64,000 nt of DNA from Chrysomallon squamiferum (lineage: Eukaryota > Animalia > Mollusca): positions 19,344,001 to 19,408,000 of the forward strand of contig CM022672.1 of the NCBI GenBank assembly GCA_012295275.1, written 5' to 3'. The notes beneath the pieces were generated by a model. The model was given only the letters and a program-made list of their open reading frames with translations, had not been told where the DNA came from and did no database searches. Shown one piece after another: positions 53,968-64,000 of the stretch (the stretch's first letter is position 1; every line of letters begins with the position of its first letter). Both the position numbers and the translations under genes were made by a program.

Positions 53968-55346
53968 TGTGCATTTTCTGTTCTTCATTTCACCATAACG
54001 AAAGAATATCCAGTACAGATCCAAAGAAGAATGTCTGGCTTGCAAATCTCTTACCACTTGCCATTTAATGACTGGGCTATTTTTTGTTTTTATTTGTTTA
54101 CATAACTCATTTCAATCTGAAAGTTGTATCCATGGAAAGTATCTCTCTTTCTGAAATTTCAGATACTCCTCTGGAATAGCAGTGACAACAGTGTAACAGT
54201 TTTAGTTACATAAAGAAATGAATGCACTGGATTTTACATCGCTTTGAATATTTGTGCATCATTGCACAAAAAATATTCTGATATTTAGGTGGAAGGAAAA
54301 ACAACAGATGTTGTGTAAATGTTCATCAATATTTATTAAAAATGATTTACCGTGAACAATAATAATGTAAAAAATAAAAAAAGTTCCAAGCTGAAAAAAG
54401 AAATGACAAATTGAATTTTATGTCGCTGTACAGATATTTGGTTTGAGAACAGAATGGCATGCAGCATCTAATTCTGAAGAAAACAGTTTATGCTGACAAA
54501 AACAACTGAGTCTGAACAGGCTTCAGACAGAATGAGTATAGCTTACAACTAGAATTATTAAAATCGTGATTGTGTTTTCAGTCACATATTATGTGTGTTT
54601 TGTCCTCTTATAACATTCTGTTTGATGACCAGTAATAAAAAAAAAAAAAAAAAAAAAAAAAAGAAAAAAAATTAAATAAAATTAAAAAAGAGAAAAGGCT
54701 ATACGATTTTCCATTTTAAATCTAATATACATGTGAATGCAGTGAGCAAAAAATAAATTTAAGATGAGAAATAAAATGCACATGATTTACATATTACCAT
54801 CCTTTTCTTGATCATTGTTGATGAGTTTAAAAGATGTAACCAATTTTTGTAAATAAAATTTGTATTTTATTATTGTGTCTGTAACGTTCATAAAACACAT
54901 GTCAAATATTTAAATTTTGAGAAATTGAAAAAAAAATTGTCAACAAGAAATTATATACATCATAAAAGAAAAGAAACAAAATGATGAAGAAATTTCAAAA
55001 TATAATGCTTTACAAGTGCATGATATACAACAAGTCTTCCATATACTAATATATAAAATAAGAAAACTGAAAATAAATAAAAGTAAATTCCAAGAAATTT
55101 TAAACAATGTTTAAAACCTTTGTTTTTATTTGATTTTTTGACTACGTTTTGGGAATACGTGGGTCGACTTGAAACCTTTTGAATGGACTTTTTTACAAAT
55201 TTTCCACAGTACAAATTTTAGATCCACTGGATGCCACTCGAAGTATTTTTATGTTTGCTGAAGGTCTTTCTATCTAGAAAATTATGATAAATGTAACAAT
55301 TGTCAGTGTTTTGAAGTTCAGAACACTCTTCTCTTTTTTGTGACTC

Positions 55347-55397
<51 letters not shown>
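55347..55397. repeat. (AAT)n microsatellite
   Basis: Trinucleotide run. Confidence 0.9.
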
Positions 55398-55398
<1 letters not shown>

Positions 55399-55682
55399 TT
55401 TTTTTTTTTTTAATTTGTCCAAGCGAGTCCCAGATTTTTATGAATTCTCCGTTTTATTCTGCCGCTTTGATTAAAACAATATTTAATGTGCTAAACAAAA
55501 AAAAAAAAAAAAAAAAAAAAAACCGCGAAACCAAACGAGTTACTAACAAATAACGTACATTCCAATGATTAGATTCCAGGAAAAATCCCAGAAAATATCT
55601 TCTTTTTTTTTTTTTTTTTTTTTTTTTGCATATCAGTTTTCAGATTTTTTCTTTTTTGCGGCGCCTTCCTTATCGAACTTGT

Positions 55683-58600
55683 TTAGAACTCGCTTCTATT
55701 ACGCTTAACCTGCAAAATTGCATCTGGATTTCCACTGAACCGAGACTGTAGACTTTCAGTATGCACCGTGCAGAATGTGTCTTTTTTATCCACATAGTAA
55801 GCAACGTGTATACCATCTGCATCGTCTGAATTTTCACCATCCACGCGGATCGCGTCACGTGACTGCATTGAAGGACATTCGTTGAAGTAATTGTACGGCA
55901 AGAGTAGGAATTCCAGATTACCTCCAACCGTTGACACAACCGGTAAATCTTCCGTGTGGGGTATGTGATACAATCCCATGGTGAGCCAGAGAACAAGATC
56001 CTGCAAAACAGAACTGGGAATTAAACACCAAAAATACGCCGCCTTGTATTTCAGATACTTCAGATACTTCAGATTCAGAATGACGTGCATTACAGGTACA
56101 TTACGCTACGTTATGAAATCAAAGACTCCGTATTTTCCGAACGACATATTACAACGTGAGAAAAAAAAAAAAAAAGAAATATATAAGTAGAATGGCGGTT
56201 ATATTTTGCATTAAAACACTGCAAATGTAGAACATATAACTACGTTACGTAATGGTACGTTAAGTTATGAATTGAAACATTGCAAATGTAGAACACTTCG
56301 CTTCGTTACGTTAGGAATAAAAATGTAGAAATGTTCGCATTTTACGTTAGGAATAAAATATGCCAATCGTGGGAATTTTGTGGAACATTTAATTCAACAT
56401 TTTAATGTTTTCAAAAGAATATTTAAAAAAAAAAAACCATGAAAAAAATCAAACATAAAATAAATTAAAATTTAGATCAACATTATAATAATTTAAATTT
56501 CCTAGACTGTGATAGAATATTTAAAAAAAAATTAAAATTTTTTTTATACTAATAATAATAATAATAACTAATAATATCAACAACAACAACAATAATAAAT
56601 ATATAAATAAATAAATATGTAAATTTAAGCATTTTTTCCACCAGTAACTTTTGCGATACTGCCTGCGAGCATTTCACTGATAACAGACGTTACTGGTTCT
56701 TGAATGGGTTATTCATTTCAGCGAACAAAAAGCGAGATCATTTCTACAGAAATATCTGCTGAAATCAGACGTATGCTTCAACAGCAGTGAAACAGACGCG
56801 TTTTCAAAGTTGCCTGCATCGACATTGAGATAATAATACCAGTCGAGACATCTACGTCAACAGTGTGTTTCAGTTCAGTCGTCATAATTTTACCTCGTCT
56901 ACGATGTTTTCGTCGTCTGCTATGAAACTTGTGAAGTTCACTGTGGGTAACAATGAGTCGAACAACCCGTAGTGTGAACCACTCTGTCGTTCGTCGTTCT
57001 TCATCTTCGTCACTGCCATTTGGTAGCGGGCCCAGGACACAGAAATCTCGTTATTACGATCGGCTGGTAGAATCTGCTTCGTCATTCCTTTCATTAGAAT
57101 TCTGTTAAGTGGATTAAAAGTAAATATAAGATTCCTCTGGTCGTTCTATAAAAGAATACATTAGAATGCTATGGTGGCAACATAAAAAAACAATTTTGAA
57201 ATTTTGAATTTGATGGATAAGAAAACATCATCATCATCATCATCTTTATTATTATTATTATTATTAATAATGATACAAATATGTTAGAGCAAATCCGTTG
57301 CGCTTCTCCTCGTAATATTTTTTTACCAATTCGCTGTTATTAATAATTTTGGCACCTTCCCAAATACAGCATATAAACTTCATTGCTTTCAACCGCATAA
57401 AATGATACGAAACTATAGACTAGCCTTTTGTGTTAACCACGAAAATAAATTAATTATGCTTGTTATTGTAAAACAAATTCAAACCTGTAAGCTCTGTGTA
57501 CGCCAAGAGAAGTCTTCTTGTTGTTGTTGTAAATAAGATGGTATCTGGGGTGATCAAAATTAAACTTGTAAGCAGCATCCTCTTCCGTCAGTTTGAGATG
57601 GCGGTCAAACTTTATTTGCCAGTAGGTGTCGTTGTAATTTCCAGTCGTCTGCTCATTGGCTACTTCTTCTGGGGACAGATCTAGTGTCTCGTAACGGTTG
57701 CGAGTTCCAAGGATGTCGATATCGACCTTAAAGTTGAAAAGGTGATGGTGGACATTGCCCAAAACATTCTCATGAATTCTAAATCCATATCTACTTTTAT
57801 CGTCGGTATACATCGAAGAATATATGAATCCTGTTGAATGGACTTTCACCTCTAGTGCGCCATTTTGATAGAAGTTAAAATCGATGACGTAATCGTAATT
57901 CGCAATAGTGATTATACTTCTAAGAGTTAAGGCACTGCTCAGCATTCCAGAATAAAACTGACCTTCTTCCTTAGCATACGACATGTGGCGTTTGAGCGGG
58001 ACACCCACGTTCTGCTCAAACAAACAGAACACGTTACTCAAGTGGCCGACATTTTCTGTCGATTCGATAAGAAAAGATTTACCAATGAGTGTGGCCGTCT
58101 CTGGACAGTCTGCTCCGGGTACCAACGATCGACACCGAGTTCCCAAAATGCCGGTACTGTCAATAAAATCTTGCATGCGACTGGACGAACTGTGACCAGA
58201 ATAATACACAGCAATTTCTTGAAGACCGATTTCGTACGCTATCCTCGTGTCGTTAAAACGGACATCGTAAATCTGAGGTCCTGTGAGAACAGCCATTCTG
58301 AAGTCGAACTGCCACTGCATGTATCTGACCTGTCTGTTGTGAATTGTGTATCTTTTACCGTCAGGCTCGACAAGTCGGGGTGGCCTTTGAGACTCACGAG
58401 GAACAAGAGGTCCCCTCTGATTCATAGTCGAGAATAGCTCTTTGGAATACTCAGGAAATGCAATGGTCTCTTTATTTATTCTGCTGCTGTTGTACTGAAC
58501 TGCAAGGTCCTCAAGATTACTAAATTCCTTTCCGCAGTAGATAATCTTTTCTATTGCAATGTCTGAAGGGTTTGGTGAATCTGTGTTTATCAAGAGACTA

Positions 58601-59385
58601 AGACTTGTTGGGTGCAGAGTATTATATTCGACGTCTTGGTTTACTGTTAGCCATATTTTCCTTTCTGCCCGACCCATCAGTCCAGATGATACAGGAGAGG
58701 GATAAATAGTCAGACATCTTGAACCACAGTTTGAAAAACTGCCACCATAACTTTCCAGCAAAACGTGTTTGATGTGTTTGTCTAAACTATGTAACACAAA
58801 CTGAAAAATGGCTCGGAATTCGTATCTCGAAAAAGGTCTGAACGAATAAGTAATAGGATTACGATGGGCTGTCGAGTTCAGCAGTTCGCACATGTTCGGG
58901 TCGGGTAAAGGTCCTACTATGTATTCTTCAACCAAAGGTGGGCGTTTATCTCCCCTGAATACCACGACTTTTGCCATTCGGTTGGGTTGTGATTTGCCTT
59001 CGTCCAGAAATCCTAACACATCTTCTTTATTCGGCAGAAACAGGTCCACTGCGTACAAGTAACTCGTGTTCATGTCTGCTCTCGAAGGTCTAACCAAACT
59101 AAGTTTGGACAAACTGAAAACGTATTTGCGAATAGCTTCCAGCTCTGCTTCTGTCAGATCGTGAAACGGTCCCGGGCTTGAGGCGTCTGAAACGTCTACG
59201 TCCTCTTCATCCTGTTCACCGCAGACTGGCACATCAGACACAGCAGCTGGCGATGTGTGAATCTTAATCAACAGGGCCACTACGAACACGACCATGATGA
59301 AGAAGCACACAGCAAAGATGAAAGCTACGAGCCGCCACCGTCGGATGTTTGCATGTAGACGTCGTTCTTCCCGATGCGTCAACAT
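55683..59385 (-). CDS. Copper/topaquinone amine oxidase (AOC family), type II membrane-anchored
   Basis: Exons 59385-57485, 57101-56894 and 56000-55683 are in phase. TPQ consensus TIANYDY, Cu ligands NVHHHLFNFKVD and YHIPHTEDLP, and an N-terminal hydrophobic anchor after basic residues (RRWRLVAFIFAVCFFIMVVFVVALLI). Confidence 0.93.
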
Positions 59386-60961
59386 TCTGAATCTAGATCA
59401 GTCTTCGTGGGATGAAAACATGAAAATATCTTCGTTAAAACAGCATATAGATATTTTCAGAAGATTACCCTCCCCAGTACCAGAAAGTTCCATGACTGTT
59501 TTATTTTGAATTAATTAAAAGTATATATATATATATTATATATTTGGATTAAATATGTTTAAGCAAGCACATTAAAAATAGTGAAAATAATATCATAAAA
59601 TTAGTAAAGACCAACTAGCTTTTCCGTTTTCAGATATCACTTCGTTACAAGAAATAGATTTAATGAAAAATTTAAAAGAAAGAAAGAAGAAACAGGTGCT
59701 AATAAAACATTTTTAGATGCTTTTTAGCAAGATAAATAATGTATTGTTGTCATTTATTATTATTATTGTTAATGTTGTTGTTATTATTGTTGTTGTTGTT
59801 GTTCTTTTAATAATGTGTTTGTTTTTTTGGCTGATTTACGTGGCTGAAAAGTAATGAGTTCCTTATAAATATAATAACATAGAGAAGAAGTCCAATTAAG
59901 TTATTGTTATTACTGTTGTTGTTAAGTTAAACAAATAATAATATAAATATTTAAAAAAAAAATCTGCTCCATATATCATGTGATGGATAAAGAATAATTC
60001 AAATAACACAAGTAATCTTGTCTGCCTAATAGGATGAGCGTCCAACACGAGTAACCCAAAGTAGATTATGCACGTGCTCCATTTTGATTCAAGTTTGATT
60101 ATTTACCAACCCGACAGACCGTGTTTAAATCTGGCTTGGTGAGATTTTGTTTTGTTTTTATTTTTTTAATAAGTTTTACCTGACGAAGTCTGAGCTCACA
60201 GGTGATCAATGCAACCGTTAGAATTTTTTTTTTTTATACATGCACGCACATGCACTTATTTACACATACAAACACACACGCACATATAATTATCCAAACA
60301 GGCGCAACACACATACGTACATAAGTGCCAGACAATTACATTAATAACACCTTTAACTAAGTTGGCATTTAAAAAAAAAACATTGCTTATGTTACAGTCA
60401 TTATTTTTTGTTTACGCTGTATCGTTAAACATGACTGTGAATTCACTTTTGGTTTAACCAAACACTGTTTACAATGAAACCAGACGACGAGAAGATGCCG
60501 TTCTCTTTTATAAAGTTAAACACAGAAACCAAAGCCGCCGGCCAAATGTTATAAGAAAAAAGCTTACCGTTTCGCTGGCAGTTCGCTGTGTGAACGTACC
60601 GACCGATGTTTGAGAGGCTCCAATGAAAACGATACTCGTGTGCTGCCTGTTCGCAGTAAGTGGTGCCCGCGATGTCAGGAGAATGAATGCCAGCGAAAAC
60701 ATGGATTACGTTAAACGAGTCGGTGATTTCCAAGAGGTGGGTTCATTTTAAAGAGCTCTGCAAAAGATAGAAGCATTTGCTTCACATCCCTAGAGGTTAC
60801 TCGAACAAGTTCTGTATTCTTCAAGTCGAGACCTTTTTTCTTTTCTTTTTTGTTAGCAGAATATCTACAATGGCCGTCTAAAGACTGAGAGAGAGAGCTT
60901 CTTGTTTGGTGGCATCTGTTGTTTCTTCTGTTCAGATAATTTCTTCTGAATAACTGGTGTT

Positions 60962-60964
<3 letters not shown>

Positions 60965-61045
<81 letters not shown>
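60965..61045. repeat. (GA)n microsatellite
   Basis: Perfect dinucleotide run. Confidence 0.95.
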
Positions 61046-61052
<7 letters not shown>

Positions 61053-61733
61053 TGTGGTTTGATATATTGTATTTGTTTGTTTAGATTATTTCTTCTATGG
61101 TTTATTATATGTCATTTTCAGGTTTGTTGTACTATCGAACTTAATCTGAAACGTAGATGTTTTAATGAGCAGAACTGGATTTCAGCTATCTCCGAATCGA
61201 TTTCGGTGCCAAGATTCGATATTAAAAGCATCACTCTGTAATCTGAAACAAAGTCTCTCTGCCCCACCGAGACCGTTTCATATCAAGTTCAGTTTGTATG
61301 GCTTTAAAAACTAAATTCAGTTTCAGTTATAAATTAATTTTAATGAATTGTTTCCCTTTCACAAGCTTTATATATTAACATTTAACAGCACTTGCTCTTC
61401 TCGTTCATCGCTGGTAAGTGCTTCGTACATTTTCTTCTTACATTAATTTATCTGTAAAGAGAAATATTTATAATATAAAGAGAACTGTGATCAAATCAAA
61501 TGTTTAATTTTTACTGAATATAAATATCATTATTATCATTAAACCAAAAACACAACAAAAATTAAAATTGAAAAGCTGTTTCAAGATACTGTTTCAGATA
61601 TGACGCTTTAATATAATATATATATTTATAACTAAGAAATAAGAAATTAATAAATAAGAAATTAAAAAAAAAAAAAATGAACTAAAATGAAAATCTATTT
61701 TTACACTTCGTCAAATGTCGATACATTTAATTT

Positions 61734-61834
<101 letters not shown>

Positions 61835-61889
61835 TCAATTCTGTAATAAACACTTGGATTCCATCAGATGTTGCTCGATATGCCAAGCT

Positions 61890-63724
61890 CAGTGCCGGAT
61901 TAACAATGTAGCAGATGTAGTAGATGTAGCAGATGCTACGGGTCCCGTTGTTTTCAGGGCCTCCGCGGATTTCCCCCCATTTTTTATTTATTTTTTATTT
62001 TATTATTATGTTTTGGACTATAGTCTTTGGTGTTTGTTTTGTGTAGAGGTAAGTTTTTGAAAAGTTTTGTTGTTGAAATTTTCATTCCTCTTATTATTTC
62101 ATTAGCCAGTGGACCGCAACTAGTTCACTAGTTGTTTTGTCGCAAACGCTTTATATTTGATAGGTAATAGCAGCTAATTAGGCAATGTGCCGAGGTGTCT
62201 TTAAACAGAAGTTTATATCGACGTGTAACTTGCAGAAATAGCATGTAGTTCACCACCCGCAGGCATACAAGTATACGTAAGAAATCTATTACAAATAAAC
62301 GTGAAAATAACTAAATATTTCGAATGGGCCATTTAATTTCTTAAGCAATTTTGTAAGTGTATCCTGGGGGCATCTTGACGGTAAATAGTTGGACCCGTTA
62401 TAGTCGTCACCGTTGGTGGCTTTGGAGCATTTGTGTTAATACCTGGATATAGTCTGTTGTGGTTTTCTTTACATGTACCTTCTTTTAATGGCCTACTATT
62501 ATTATTGTTGATCAGTATTTAGCATTAAAATGATCAATCGGGGTTTCGCATGACCTTATTTTTGACATTATTTCTTGGATGAAAAAAACACAAAAAAACA
62601 ACATATTTGTCCAGTTTTAAGTCATTATTCGAATCTCAGTCACTCTTTAATTAAAAAGATGTCGCACGAATACCTGCTTACAATTATTTTTGCGATACGT
62701 ACCGCCATCAGGACCCGTAGAGCGATTTTTCAAGTTTTTACATAAGCAGGCGTACAGTGGCGAGCAGCTTGCTCAGAACCTGAGTGGCTGACGTGGACGG
62801 TCACATGACAACGCTAGCAACATGTCTGGCAGGTACACATGTTCGAAAGCTAAATCCATTAGCTCTGTACGTGCCATGTGTTAGACACTCACTCAGTTAG
62901 GTGGTTCAGTTCGCAGCCTCATGTTGCGTACAGGCAACCAAGTTCTTTGATTTCATACAGCGTTTATATGTATGTATCCTCTGCATCGACGCACCGTTGG
63001 TCCTTACTAACTGATGCATTGTCTGAGAACCGACTACCGTGTGTGAAACGCACGTGTGACACTCGATGGTCGGCCAGAGCTCACGCACTGAAAGCACTAT
63101 ACGTTGGCTATAGTCAATTAACCAACGTCATCGACAGAACCGCTTCAGATGAAAATCAGAAACGTCGACAAGAAGCACGTGAGCTTTCAGCAACGATGTA
63201 CCGAATGGAAACCGGCATACTAAATGTACTCTCGCATCAGGTGTTGAAGAAATTCCACATGTGCAGCACTAGTCTGCTGTTAGTAGACCAAAACATAAAC
63301 ACTGCATGCGCCAGCCTGGCCAACACACTTCTGCAGTTCATGGCACTTCTCAACACGGAGTTTGGCAAGCGGGCTACGACAACTGATCAGAGTGCTTCTC
63401 AGTCAAATGCTGCAGCTGATGATCAGGACAACACGGCGATGACAGGCGGCGAGACATTGGAGCTGCTCGTGTACCGTCTCATCGGAGATCACAACATGCA
63501 GTCATGCTTTCCTAATACTGAAATAACGCTACGCGTGTATTTGTGCATGATGGTTACAAACTGCTCAGGGGAGCGTTTGTTTTCGATATATAACTTAATT
63601 TGAGCCTGAATCACACTTGTCTGCTGGCCTTAACTCTGACGCACGTTTACTGTTGTAACTAGCCAGTAGTAGGGGACTATGCTACGTTTTGCTGCGGGCC
63701 CCGCAGTTGTTTAATCCGGCTCTG
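61890..63724 (+). mobile_element. Internally deleted hAT-superfamily DNA transposon (~1.8 kb)
   Basis: TIRs CAGTGCCGGATTAA (from 61890) and TTAATCCGGCTCTG (to 63724) match at 13 of 14 positions. The 8-bp flanks GCCAAGCT and CCCAAGCC match at 6 of 8 and look like a decayed TSD. Subterminal GTAGCA/TGCTAC repeats and internal transposase remnants are present. Confidence 0.88.
62800..63603 (+). pseudogene. Degenerate hAT transposase fragment (ZMYM-related type)
   Basis: Remnant motifs DNASNMSG and YVPCVRHSL lie in shifted frames, followed by CDTRWSAR and the C-terminal dimerisation motif FPNTEITLRVYLCMMVTNCSGERLFS. The fragment is too short and broken to be functional. Confidence 0.85.
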
Positions 63725-64000
63725 CCCAAGCCTAGATGACTGTTAAATTCAGAACTTAATTTACACCATCATTAATCCTTTTTTTTTTTTTTTTTTTTAA
63801 AATGTATTTTTTGCTAAAACATGAAATAAAAAGTTGAAGGTGAGCAATAGTGGAGAGGTTTTACGGTAAACCAAATGTTGCTCACTTGTTTTTTAAAAAG
63901 AGTTTTCTGCTCTGGACGCCAGATTTGCACCAAGTGATTCATCTGGACAAAGCTGGTCTTCGCTTCGGCTCACTTGTCACGAAGCCTTTGCATAAGAAAC

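Overview
AT-rich, intron-containing eukaryotic DNA from an invertebrate animal; gene structure and composition look lophotrochozoan or mollusc-like, which is an inference. Exons were chained by hand using GT-AG sites and splice phases. The window holds the 3' part of WDR47 (+), PTGES2 (+), BBLN/C9orf16 (-), DDX39/UAP56 (+), SAPCD2 (-), tRNA-Thr(TGT) (+), CDK9 (-), STEEP1/CXorf56 (+), a membrane copper amine oxidase (-) and an internally deleted hAT transposon with TIRs and a degenerate TSD. Four leads stand out. (1) The 2.1-kb DDX39/UAP56 intron after ...KFMQD carries three dispersed copies of a ~50-nt hairpin with compensatory base changes, plus other stems and a candidate poison exon, suggesting an RNA-structure-based autoregulatory module. 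(2) A 479-aa ORF inside a WDR47 intron lies downstream of paired RFX X-boxes and has an in-phase GT donor that would join it to the WD40 exons, suggesting a cilia-specific internal-promoter isoform. (3) An upstream WDR47 exon shows an apparent +1 frameshift. (4) The gene set matches the vertebrate MHC paralogon (9q34/6p21/19p13). No database searches or folding programs were run.
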